Positions 13,540 to 26,271 of a stretch of 64,000 bases of DNA are shown here, piece after piece (position 1 is the stretch's first letter; each line of letters begins with the position of its first letter). A program made the position numbers and the translations under genes. Source of the stretch: Chrysomallon squamiferum. Lineage: Eukaryota > Animalia > Mollusca. Location: assembly GCA_012295275.1 (NCBI GenBank), contig CM022671.1, positions 6,820,001 to 6,884,000 on the forward strand, written 5' to 3'. The notes under the pieces are model-generated. The model had not been told where the DNA came from and ran no database searches. It saw nothing but the letters and a program-made list of their open reading frames with translations.

Positions 13540-16392
13540 TGATATTTATGTATATGTATAAATACATGTACAAAGTATTATTTTCTGTATGTTTTAACAA
13601 AATATAAAAGCTGTTTATTTGTTTTACAGGTAAATTCCAAAATGAACTACAAACTGTGAAAACCTCAATTCTCACTACTTTGATAAATAAATTTGTATAT
13701 AAATCATACGTCTTTTTTATTTATTTATTTATTTATACATACACATACATATACGCAGACAGACAGACAGACAGAGAATCATACATACAAACATACACAC
13801 CTACACACATATACATACACATATACATAGATACATGCATACATGCATATATACATACTACATACACACATACATATATACATACATACGTATAATATGT
13901 AATATGTACAGGTATATACACGTTGATACATGCATAGATATATACGTATTTATACACGTACATATGTTAACAGTACATACTAGAAAAACAAAATGCACGC
14001 AAAAATGACGAAAGAGGCTTCGTGCCAAGTCTCATCAGCGGCATCTGACAGGTTTGTGACGTCATGATTGGACTTTGTCCTCGTGCGTCAGAGCGTTCCC
14101 GAATATTGTCTATGTGCAGAGTCTAACCAGACAGAGAATATTTACATACGTACATACGTACCTGTATTAATAATGAGAAAAAATAAGAATAACCTGAGAT
14201 ACAACCATTTTTCTCTGCTTCCCAGATTGACTGGTTTCTACCAATTAAAATTAACTTGTTTATTTTTGTTTGTATCATACTCCGATCTTTTATTCAACAC
14301 AGATATTAAATTATTTTTAAAAACAACAACAAACAAACAAACAAACACAATATTTCGTTACTGAAATAATATAACACTAAATGTTGTTCATGCGGGGACG
14401 TGCACGCTGCAGGTTAACGAGGTAGCTGCAGTTGTCTCCTAAATCAGTGCAGTGCAATAGTTTTGTTGTAAGATGCATTTGAATCCGAAATTGTTGTGAT
14501 ACGTCTAAACTGAGTAATAGTTCATTCAAATCTTTCTCTTTTTTTGTTGTTTTTTGAAAGCTGCCACCAATGAAATCCTGAATACCCAGTGCACATAGGC
14601 TCAGAATAACGCTGAAATTTATCACAATTATTATCACAATCTGATTTCTCAGATATAACGTCTTCACCTCTTCTTCCCAAACACCGCTTGATGAATTTTA
14701 GCGTTTTTCTAATACTCATTTCCATCTCTGGTTTTCACTCGTTACAGATGTATACTAATATTCATTGTCAGACATAAACTGGATTCACATTTAAAATATA
14801 AAAATATAAAACAAAATGAATGGTAAAAGAAGTCGGCTTTAAAGGTTACACTCTACATACTAATATATTGTTGAAGATGCTGATGAAGATGATGATGATG
14901 ATGAAGTTGGCGATGTTGACGATATTAACAAGACGAAGAACAAGAACGGTACTAATAACAAAAATAATACATTAGCAATAAAAGACTACTGTAGTAATAA
15001 CAGTATCAACATAATCAATACAAACAAAAACTACAAAATAAAATATAATAATAAAACAGCGAGAAAGAGATAGACAGATAGACAGATAGACAGACTGATA
15101 GATAGACTGAAATAGACAAACAGTAGTAGTTAAATCAGTGGTAGTAATTGCAATGACAATGAAAAGATTTTGAATTGTAGGATTACAGTAAAGGGAAGAA
15201 TATAGTACATGTACAAAATAACAGTAAAATTAAAATGCACGTGCGTGGGGGATATACACTCACATTTAGGTCAAACGAACATTTAAAAAATAATGGTTAA
15301 GTGCAATCGTACTTTTGTTGTTAAACTAATAATTATGTAAAATATATTTTTGGATGTCTTGTATATTTATGAGGTTTTTTTTTACGAATTTAATAACAGA
15401 GGATGTTCACATTAAATATATTATTGCATTCATCTCCAATTTTCTCAAACCACCAAAAATATAATTTTATTTTTTATTTTATTATTATTATTTTATTTTA
15501 TTTTTATTTTTATTTTATTTATTTTTTTTTTTTTTTTTTTATCTCATAATATTATATCGTCGTCAAATTATCTTTTAAGACAGCACCATAAGATAACTTT
15601 CTAATTCATTTTTGTAAATTCTATAATTAAAACCATTTGGAGACGGTATCAGTTATATTTTTCCACATTTGTAAAAACTGAACATGTAACAATTTGGAAA
15701 TTGTTTTACGTAACCATTTAAATATTATTAAAGCTGTGAAAATTTATATCGTGAATTATGGATACCATACATTAAATAATACAGCTGAGACGAAATCGTG
15801 TTTTAGCTTATAGAAATTAGATGCTTCCAAAAGGTGGCATCATACCATTTCACCTAAGTCGATAAATCCAGGGGTTTATTTATTAACACTTCTTCTGTTA
15901 ATTGTACATTTGTAAAACCTGATATTACACAACCACACAGTAAAATTGGTTGTACGAGTTTGTCAAATAAATCAAATAAACTGTCACTGAAGAGATTATT
16001 CTGCAGTTTTTCATTGCTTAATTATATAAATCTTTTACATTGTAATTGATTAGAGCACTTTAAAAAAATAATAATAATCAACTCCATCCTGTAGTAGTAG
16101 TAGCAGTAATTACATGAGTAGTAATAGTAGTCGTCGATGTTGACGATGTTTTGTAATAGTATTAACACAGGTTGTGTTCAATTCAGGATCATGGGATCCA
16201 TTCTGCCAGCTTGACAGGTTGAAAGCCATCTAACCTTGTATGAAACACGAGTTATTATAAACTAAATACTAAACATAGAGCAACACTCCACAAATAACCG
16301 TTCTATTTTGTGAACCAGCGATAACAAAACGACAAACTATAGATCAGTTTCACTTCTGGTTTTCAGTGTCATTAACCTGCTTCCACCAGAAC

Positions 16393-16676
16393 TACGTCAC
16401 ACCTGACTGGTTCTTTGACTTGTTGAATGATTTACAGGCACCAGTTGACGTACAGTTACGAACACTGACGGAAGACAACGAAGGGATACCTACGTACAGT
16501 GATTGTAATCGGCTAACAAACAAGGAAACGTATTGTTTTGATTGATGAATATTAATGAGACGGAAGTGGAAGGAAGGAACGCATTTGCATTGACCAGTTA
16601 GTTTTACACAAAGTATATAAAGATAAGTTTTGCTGAAAGTTTCAAAACACATTTGTATTCTACTTTCGAAGAACAG
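16393..16676 (+). promoter_or_regulatory. Promoter and non-coding exon 1 of paralogue C
   Basis: TACGTCA 16393, GAATATTAATGAGACGGAAGT about 16547-16567, GTATATAAAGATAAGTTTTG from 16613, donor cag|gtaaga at 16677. Confidence 0.68.
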
Positions 16677-16720
16677 GTAAGAATTATGCATGCTTGTATG
16701 TATGTACGTACGTGAGTATG

Positions 16721-16754
<34 letters not shown>

Positions 16755-16971
16755 GCATGTATGTATATTATTGTGTTTGTACTTATATATGTATGCATGT
16801 ATGTTTGTGTGTGTATGTGTGTGTGTGTGTCTGTGTGTGATATTTAAATTTATTTCATCGATATTTACCTATTTACACATTAAAAATATTTCTAAAGAAG
16901 TAGATAGAAAGAAACTTTAACTATTCACGTTGATAATTTGTTCTATTTCAGAACGTGTAAAAGAAAACAAA

Positions 16972-17172
16972 ATGATTGGAGTTTCCATATTGTGTTTATG
17001 TGCATGTGTTGTTCTGACGTCAGCAACGTATTACAGACCTCGTACTTACAGCAATTATGACAACAGCTATATCATGCCTGGTTACTATAGCAACTACAAC
17101 ACATTCCCATCAGGTGAATATTTATGTATTTGTTTATTTATTTACAAATACTACCTTTTCTACTACTACTGA

Positions 17173-17203
<31 letters not shown>

Positions 17204-18165
17204 GTTATTGTTATTGTTATTATTATTGTTATTATTATTGTTGTTATTATTGTTGTTATTATTGATGATATTGTTTTTGTTACTATTACTGAAGGTACTG
17301 AATATTCTGTAAATACAATAAAAATTTAAAAAAATAAATAAATAAATAAAGTACAATAAAATTAAATTTAAAAAATGATAATAATAATATATTGTAATAT
17401 TATTACGTGTTTCTTTTCTGTTGTAGGTTATCCCACATTGCAAGGAGGAATCATACCATCAAACAAATATGGCCGACACTTGCGTAAGTTAATTTTTTTC
17501 TGCTGATTATTATTTGTCTTGTACAGTAAGTTGTATATTACAAATATTTAGCTATCTTCGCGTTTTGTGAGTGCTTTTTCATTTTATTTTTAATATTTGT
17601 GAGAGTTTAATTTTAATATATTCACACACCAGGCTACAGAAGGTCTACAACATACAGACAGCCAAGACGCTCAAAGTACAACAAACACGGCAGGAAAGGA
17701 TTCAACAGTTTCACTGGTGTAGGACAGTCTGGCTTCGGTGCACAAATTCAAACTGGTCAGTGGAACACGGGATTCGGAGGCCAATTTCAAAACCGGCCAT
17801 TGAATGGCCAGTTTCAAAATGGTCCATTGACCGGCCAGTTTCAAAATGGGCCATTGAATGGCCAGTTTCAAAATGGTCCATTGACCGGCCAGTTTCAAAA
17901 TGGGCCATTGAATGGCCAGTTTCAAAATGGTCCATTGACCGGCCAGTTTCAAAATGGGCCATTGACCGGCCAGTTTCAAAATGGTCCATTGACCGGCCAG
18001 TTTCAAAATGGTCCATTGAATGGCCGGGTTCAAAATGGAGCCTGGAATAATGGAATGGTCGGACGGATTCAGAATGGGGCGTGGAATAACGGATTCCCTG
18101 GGCAGTTTCAAAATGGTGCAGTTAATAACGGACGTTTTATGAATACAAGATTTAACAGATGGTAA
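16972..18165 (+). CDS. Secreted protein paralogue C (243 aa): same architecture as B with an expanded GQFQNGPL[NT] array
   Basis: Exons 16972-17113, 17427-17483, 17633-18165 (GT-AG, phase 1/1, 732 nt): MIGVSILCLCACVVLTSATYYRPRTYSNYDNSYIMPGYYSNYNTFPS-GYPTLQGGIIPSNKYGRHL-RYRRSTTYRQPRRSKYNKHGRKGF...(GQFQNGPL[NT])x8...FNRW*. Probable 3' UTR exon from 18600 with AATAAA near 18672. Confidence 0.88.
17779..18021 (+). repeat. Coding 27-bp tandem repeat, 9 units (GGCCAGTTTCAAAATGGKCCATTGAMY)
   Basis: Units counted directly: GQFQNRPLN followed by 8 x GQFQNGPL[T/N]. Confidence 0.95.
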
Positions 18166-18217
18166 ACAGGTAGTTGCTCAATTTTTCTATTTGATGATGT
18201 TGATACTGTTATTACTA

Positions 18218-18276
<59 letters not shown>

Positions 18277-19551
18277 GAATATGCGTCTGTGTATGTTTAA
18301 ATTCAGTTTTATGTAAAAGCTTTAGAACATGTTATTTTGCTCGTTTTTATTTTGAAATATATTTTAAACTGAGAATATCAGTACTAGCTTTAGTTGTAGC
18401 AGAGGCAGCAGACGTATAATTGTAGCTGTTATTATTAATATTCTGCTACCACTGCAACTATTATAACTAAAAATATTATCATTATTGTTGTTATTATTAG
18501 TAGTAGTATTAATAGTAGTAGTTGTAGTAGTAGTAGTAGTAGTAGTTGTTGTTGTTGTTGTAGTAGTAGTCGTATTAAATGTGTTATTTTGTTTTGCAGA
18601 TGATGAGAGACGGGTGTATGATGACGTCAGATGTGAAATCCTTACTTTGATCTATAATAATTGTATTTATCAATAAATCTATATTTTACACTCAAAGTGT
18701 CCTGTTTTCATTCCTATTGTAAACAAGTAAAATGACTTCATCTGGCTGCATTCTGTAACATGATAAAAAAAAAAAAAATGATCACATCTGTGATTAAATG
18801 AAAACAAAATTAAAAATGTAAACAAAAAAGGAACAATTATATATAAGAAAATATTCAATAGTAATTATTATTGTTGTCGTTGTTATTAACATTATTATTA
18901 TTACTGTTATTATTATTAATAGTAGTACTAGTAGTAGTAACTATAGTAGTAGTTATACTAGTAATATTAGCAATAGTATTGGTAAAACTAACAGTAGGAC
19001 TAATACTGGTAACAGGAGTAGTAGTTTTAATAGTTGTAGTAGTAATAGAAGAACTAGTAGTAGTAGTAGTAGAAGTAACAATAGTAGTAATAGTAGTACT
19101 AGTAGTAGCAGTAGTAGTAAACAATCAAAATTAAGTATAAAGTAAAATGAACATTACCTTAAATGCAGAGTGGTCTTGTAAAAATATTCGGTACTGAAAA
19201 TTTTGTATTTATATATTTTAATAGTAGTAGTAGTTTATATTTATATATTTTATGAAATTTTATAATGTTCTTACTCTCAGACAACCTTCATCAAAAATTT
19301 CTTTCCCTATTTATTTGAAACAAAGCTTGGATTTCACAATTTCTAAATTATATTCTTTCTTATAGAGACGCAGAACTTCATAAAAGTCATTTATTATAAA
19401 TTTATCAAAAAAAGTAAAAAAGAAAAAAGTTTCAAATCGTAAATATTCTGACGATGATGATGATATAAAAAAATCATTATATTGATAAAATATAGTGACT
19501 AAAATGTACGTTTCGCATAAAACATTTGGTGATTGTCGTAATTTAAATTTG

Positions 19552-19594
<43 letters not shown>

Positions 19595-20269
19595 AAAGCC
19601 CGAGCATGCGCAGTCTGACTAGAGAGAGACGGATAAACAGGAAGACAGTTAAACAGAGACATATAGATAGATATAAAACATAAATAAGCCCATCATAAAA
19701 AGTAAAACAAACAGACAGGGGCGTGAAATAGAATTTGATTTTCTCTGTCATGTTTGATTTCCGCTGGTGTTTGTAAAATAAATATATAGTATATTTATTA
19801 CACGATGTTAACTAATTCATATGAAGTCTGCGACATTCACATGTTAATAAGCTGGGATCTGTCAAAAGAAGAAACGCACACGCAATATCACTAATTCACA
19901 GAGAGACTGTCGGGTATAATAAAAAAAAAAAAAAAAAAAAAATGAGAGAGACAAAAGCATATTGAAATCTGTCAAAACTATTTTTTTTAAATCATGAATG
20001 GCAAATGAGAGAACTGTGGCGGAAATTAACGAAGTTTTAGAAGAGTGATGTATGTTTTGTATGAAAGACAAAGAAAACAAAGGAAGGTGATGTTGATACT
20101 GTGTATGTCTGTCGCGACGTCAAAACACGGTCAGTCACTTCCAGTAATGAATGTATAAACATAGATCTTTCCTGCAAAACTGTACAGCAACCACTTAACT
20201 GATCTGTTTTATAGGTAAGCGTTTTAGTATTATTATTATTATCATCAATATATTATTATCATAATCATA

Positions 20270-20317
<48 letters not shown>

Positions 20318-20363
20318 AGAAGAAGAAGAAGAAGAAAATAAACAAAAAGAAGCTAAATTGAAA

Positions 20364-20512
20364 ACAAATGTATATTTCAAGTGTTTTTTCTTACTTTGTT
20401 TTGTTTCGTTTTGCTTTTTGTGTTTGTTTAAAACATTGTAACAATATTTTTTCAGGTATTTCTGAGTTTGAGCTCATCTGTGAAGGCCAAGATAAAGCTC
20501 AAAATTTAAAAT
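20364..20512 (+). repeat. Short interspersed repeat with terminal hairpin, copy 1
   Basis: Aligns by eye to 24087-24215 (TTGTTTAAAACATTGTAACAAT..TTTTCAGG.ATTTCTGAGTTTGAGCTCATCTG..AAGGCCAAGA.AAAGCTCAA.ATTTAAAAT). Confidence 0.75.
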
Positions 20513-20691
20513 ACATAATTTGTTATTGTTATTTGTTATTTTTTTTTAATGTATTTTCAAACAATAAAAAAACAAAACAAAAAAGTTTAATTTTTTATCA
20601 GTATTTCGTTGTTTATTTCTTTTCTTTTCTAGAATCATCTCTCTTTTTCTCTTTGTTGTCTTCTCTGCATTGTGACAATAATAATAATAAC

Positions 20692-20744
<53 letters not shown>

Positions 20745-21071
20745 CGATGATAATGATAAGAAAAATGTGTACTAAATAAGAATGATGAAAAAAATATTTA
20801 TGGAAATGACGCAGATGAAGTTCAAGAATTACATCCTACATTCACTGATCTTCCCCATTACAAGCAAACATAGAAAGTATATTTTTTAAATATTATAATT
20901 TGTTAGTTTCCCCAAATTCAAAAATCTCGCATCCGCCCCTGAAAGTAAAGTAATAACAAACTATAATTTGTGTTTGTGTGCGTGAGTGCGCGCGCACGCG
21001 CGTTAAACAAGTGTAGCCTGACAACTGCAAAATACAAAAATTATTAAATTAATGCATAAAATAATTTAATA

Positions 21072-21460
21072 CAGGGGTCGGTAACCCTTGGCCCGCGGGC
21101 CACACCCAGACCGCGAGGGATTTTAGTCTGGCCCTGCAACTGAAGACTTGGACACCAATTATTAGATTAACTGCGTTGTTTTTTCTTTAAACCTCCAGAC
21201 CAAGAAACCTTGCTTCCTAGCATCCCTTTTTGGCACACACACACACACACACAGAGAAAGAGACAGACAGACACACACAAACACCGACAGACAGACAGAC
21301 AGACACAGACATGGGATGCTAGGAAACAAGGCTGTTTTGGTTTGGATGATTAATGAAGAAAACATATATATATATACATAATACATTTGATATCTTGGCT
21401 CTCCACCAAAATTCTTCATAACGGTATGGTCCCCTCTCTGTAAAAGGTTATCGACCCTTG
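21072..21460. mobile_element. hAT-superfamily MITE (389 bp) with 8-bp target-site duplication
   Basis: TIRs CAGGGGTCGGTAACC / GGTTATCGACCCTTG (13 of 15 match); perfect TSD ATTTAATA at 21064-21071 and 21461-21468; GGCCCGCGGGCC sub-terminal motif typical of Charlie-like hATs. Confidence 0.9.
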
Positions 21461-21770
21461 ATTTAATACATTAAATGTCGACGAACTTTCTAGTACTGCA
21501 ACATCTAACAATCATAATCGATGACGTCACGAGTTGAATATTACGTAAAGTTCTACGTAAATATCTTTTATCTTTGTCATGCACGTCACACCAATGTTCC
21601 ACTACTGACGTAATACTGTTGTGGTGTGATCTGGATTAATACTTGATGTTAACAAGATCATTTACAATCAGTTCTTCATGAATGTCTGGATTTGCATCAT
21701 TACCGCGGCCACATGAACAGTGCTCCGAGTTTCAGTCAGGGTATACTTGTATTATTATAATTAGTAGTAG

Positions 21771-21821
<51 letters not shown>

Positions 21822-22701
21822 ATATTTTAAGAATCTTAAAATAAATTAACTTTTTGGTACTACTAAGATATTCAATTTTTGTTTGTTATTTTAGTAAATT
21901 TACACATAATTCTGTATCTGCTGGTAAATTGTTGAAACTTATTAATAACTTAAAATATTATATAAATGAAAGAAAATTTCACTAATTTCAAATACGAAAA
22001 TTCTTATATAATCATGAATATACTCGGGGTTTCTTTCAGAATAAAATTTCACCGAATAATTTCTAAAATAATTATTATAAGCGGGGTGAGCAAAAAGTCA
22101 AGAGAGACTGAGCCGTCATTTAATGAAAACATCTAACTTCCGTTAACCCGGTCATTGCGGTAAGCAGATGTATCCACTCCAGATTTTATTAGTGTTAAAT
22201 GTAGAAAGAAGATTTACCTCACAGCCTTAAAAAAAAAAAAAAAAAAAAACATTCTCATTATGCTTTGGAAAGCAGACGCATTCCCAGATTCCCAAACATC
22301 ATATCAGCCAAGCAGTGTGAACTACCAGTCTTGTTGATTTGTCAGATTTTTATTTAAGGGTTAGAGTAAGATTTATATCAGTTAGTATGTTATCAAGTCA
22401 GGTGTTCTTCACAACTGAGTATTTTGTGATAAACAAATAGTTTTCTTGTGCATCAGTGGTTTATCATTCAAACTTTAAAATCAACAGTAAAACAATGTAG
22501 TGATCTGAGCCATGGGCTACTGGTGTGAATAGTACTAATCCTGCAATATAACCATACTCCAGACATCTGCTATTCAACTTACAACATAGTCATAAATAAA
22601 CTATTAGAAAAATAACAAAAATTAAAAAAATGAAAATAATGAAAAGGAGTAAAAATTTTAAAAAGTAAGAAAACTGTTGAGAGAAGGAACAAATTTTACT
22701 G

Positions 22702-25650
22702 TTACCACATGAATCTCTGAATTTCTCCGTTACTCCACACAAATGATTTTTTAACAAACAAGTACACAGTGATGATGTTGATGATGGTGTAGAGTGAAAA
22801 CTCAGCAAGAAGACACAATGTTGATGATGGTTTCATGTTCAAGCGAAACACAAGGTATGGAATAATAAAGTAACGAAATTCCAACAACTTCTGCGGAACA
22901 GTCGCTGCAAACAAACAAATGAAAAAAGCAGTTTTCCAGAAAATGTTTTTGTGATGTAAAAGCTTCCAAACAGACCAACATCCATAAAAGTAAACAGGAA
23001 TTAAAACATACTTAACACATTCGTGGCGCTTGAAGATTTTTGACCACACGTAGAATGGGTAATGCCGATTGTCTGCCAGCAAGTATTCATGTACGTAAGT
23101 AAAACGTGAAACAGCCACACAGGCTAGTGACAGAAACACAGCAACTTTAATGTAACTATGGTAACAGAATTTTACAAAGTCTTTGATGAGGTAAGGTTTG
23201 AACAAATGTGAGAAAGAGAAAAACAGAGTGACACAGACAAAGTAAAATATTTGTGGGAAGTTCAGACACGCCTGATGATGGCTTCTGTCTCCCACCACAA
23301 ACCCACCATTGAAAAAAACAAATATCCCGAATCCTAAACCTACAAGAATGTAACTCCAAGTTTTCACAAGTATTTCCCAGAATAATTCAAACAATTTCAT
23401 TGGATGGTGTTTAAGAGTTCGTCCAATCAAATTAAAGAAAGTCGATATCACTGTCCAATCGTCACAGTCCTTTCCATCATCTTTTTTCTTAGTGATTTCT
23501 ACCCAGTGAAAGAGAGACTCTGAGGCAGTTATTCCAGTAACCATGACAACCCAGACAATGTTTGTTTGTCTGAAGAAGATGGCCAGCACTGCCCACGTGG
23601 CTGCAGTGACGTGATGACAGTTGATGGCACTGAGGTACATGAGGAGAACAAAGAAGACAGATCCTGGGTCAGTGTAGTACAGACCAGTGAAAAAAAACAG
23701 AACAGGAAAACTGGCCAAGGTCAAGGCTGTCAATGCAATGGATAAAGTGGATTTACCTCTTTCCTACAAAAGAAAATTAAAAAACACCTTATAAGATCTA
23801 ATGTTAAAAAATAGTAAATGATGAGTTTTCTTACAATTAAAAAACAGAAACATTGCAGAACAATGGTTGTTGTGGAAACTAAAATAAAAATTAATTTAAA
23901 AAACTTTTACAAAATCCAATAATTTTTATGCTCAAATATTTTAACACATTATTAAATATGTTTATACTTGGAAGATGTGATTTAGAAATATTTATTCAAC
24001 TAAAATGTTACTAATGACAAAAATCTGTTCAGGGAAAATGTTAACTTAAGGAATTTTACACTCTACATTTAAGAGTCCTGATGAATACAAATATATATTT
24101 CAAGTGCTTTTGTTCTTTGATTTTGATTGTTTAAAACATTGTAACAATCTATTTTCAGGCATTTCTGAGTTTGAGCTCATCTGCAAAGGCCAAGACAAAG
24201 CTCAACATTTAAAATGCACGTTTATTTTACATCAAAAAAGACTGTCATATTACCTTAGTAATTATCTAAAGAATTTATTATATCCTGATACATTCCACTT
24301 TAAAAAAAAAAAGAAAAAAAGAAAGAAAGACGTTAAAAAAGGGGAGAAATAAGCTTCATTATTTTCAGGATTCTTCAAACAGAAATCAATTGAAAACACA
24401 TCACTAACTCAAGTGTGACTAAATCAGTGAAAGAATTAGGAGAACAACACGATTCTGAAAATAGAATACAAAGTCTATGATTTAATTTCATTAACTTATT
24501 TTGTGTATGGTACAAGCTGTCAATACTGAACATGCCCACCATGGTCGTCCAATATGGAGCTGATGACACTCCTGATAAAAAATGCCAGAAAGTCACATGA
24601 CAATTGTCTGGATATTTTCAAAAATTCTCCTCCCACACACTAACATGTGCAAAAACCTGCACAAAGTTAAGTTTATCACCATTCACTCTACCCTGTTTTT
24701 TAGATGTCAGTAACAAAAAAGCAAAAAATGAGTGCTGTGTTTTCTGTGGCTGTTTATAAATTTTAAAACTGTCTGATGTTGCAGGGTGATCTGTATTTCC
24801 TGAGTACTGAACATAAAAAAATTCCTTTCTTCACTGCACTGTTTGACGAAGAAAAGAGTTTGTTAACAATACAACAGTGATGTGATATTGTTTTACCTGT
24901 TTCGAGAAATGCAGTTTGTCTACAAGCTGGTGAAGTACGATGATGTTTCCACACATAAACACAACATTAATAAAGCGAAGAACCAGAGTACTACACAATT
25001 CTGATGTTGACAAACCCAGAACTCGGGCAACAGGCTCCACCATAGCAACTGTGACAAGATACAGCCCAGGCAAAGTTGTGATCATTGGATCCCACTGAAA
25101 TTATTTAAAATAGTTTTAAATATTTAGTTTTTGTCTCTCACAATGGATGTGGGTATGCATATATGTACTGAAATGACAAACATACACATACGCATATAAA
25201 TGTTGTTGTTGTTGATGTTGTTATGTTGTTATTATTATTATTAGTCTTTTTTTTTTTTCTTATAAAATAGATTTTCGTTTTTCATACACACCAGTAAAAT
25301 TCAATATTTATTTCCACCTGTAATTGAATATTTTAATTAGCAATCACCTTAGGATTTAGTTATTGGTTATTTTCGAACCATGTCCGATAAAACACTAAAG
25401 TTTAAAATGCAAGGAATACAAACACAATTTATATTATAACTGTAGTTGTAGTAGTTAACAATAATAATTTATCAACTGTTGCACTGACTGATGTGAAATT
25501 GTGTCTGCAATACTGTTGAGCCTGAGGAATGTGGAAAATTTCATCCATGTATGGTTTTGGTTGAACATGTTGTATAATCTTCAGTAAACTCAGACCACCC
25601 AAAACGTATACCACAACAAACAACCCAGAAACCCACTGACGTCCATCCAT
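22702..25650 (-). CDS. ALG10: Dol-P-Glc:Glc2Man9GlcNAc2-PP-Dol alpha-1,2-glucosyltransferase (473 aa)
   Basis: Exons 25650-25489, 25094-24897, 23763-22702 (phase 0/0, 1422 nt). Motifs PYMDEIFHIPQAQQYC, WDPMITTLPGLY, LYYTDPGS, RQTNIVW, VVGDRSHH, YLLADNRHYPFYVW, PQKLLEFRYFIIP and C-terminal QRFMW. Confidence 0.96.
24087..24215 (+). repeat. Short interspersed repeat with terminal hairpin, copy 2 (in ALG10 intron 2)
   Basis: Matches 20364-20512. Confidence 0.75.
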
Positions 25651-25822
25651 GTTTTCGTTTTGGTACACGTTGTCCGGAACAAATCGGCCAATTCCGGAGA
25701 TGGAATTTTCCGAACATTCATGATTGGGGAATAATTTAAGATATAAAAGTCCAAAGCACTAACTTTTATCTTCTAAAATGATATGAATAGCTACTGAAAA
25801 TAATTATAATTTCGTGTTGTTA

Positions 25823-25874
<52 letters not shown>

Positions 25875-26271
25875 TATCTTGAATTTTTGTCGTGCTTTGG
25901 TTAATAATTATTGTTTTGTATTATTTAGCGTAGTCGACTAAGGTTTTTGCTCAAAAATATCATTTACAAGCACCTGGTAAATCGTTACGCGGTTAGGCGT
26001 TGCTGTCGTTCGAAATGTACCTACGCGCTACAAAATAGATCGCTTGATTAAAGATATAACATATTATTCAGATAAATATATTTTTAATATTCATCATTAT
26101 TAACATTTGTTAATATCTTGTTGATTTATCTGGTTATATAATTATAAATAAGCAAAAGTAGTTGGTTAAATCCACAGCGGTTTATGGAATGCCAAGAAAA
26201 CCAAGATGGCGACGTGAGAAGAGGATTATAGGAGAACAAGTAAATATAATATTATAGCTAACATTATCACA
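25651..26271. promoter_or_regulatory. Bidirectional promoter region ALG10 / RBM15
   Basis: Start codons 621 bp apart on opposite strands; ETS-like CCGGAA/TTCCGG near 25674-25698; YY1-type AAGATGGCG at 26203-26211. Confidence 0.7.

Noticed and set aside
17571-18111. Alternative-frame and antisense ORFs over the paralogue C repeat (also 12751-13080)
   Set aside because: Shadows of a 27-bp repeat; only the GQFQNGPL frame joins the signal-peptide exons in phase.
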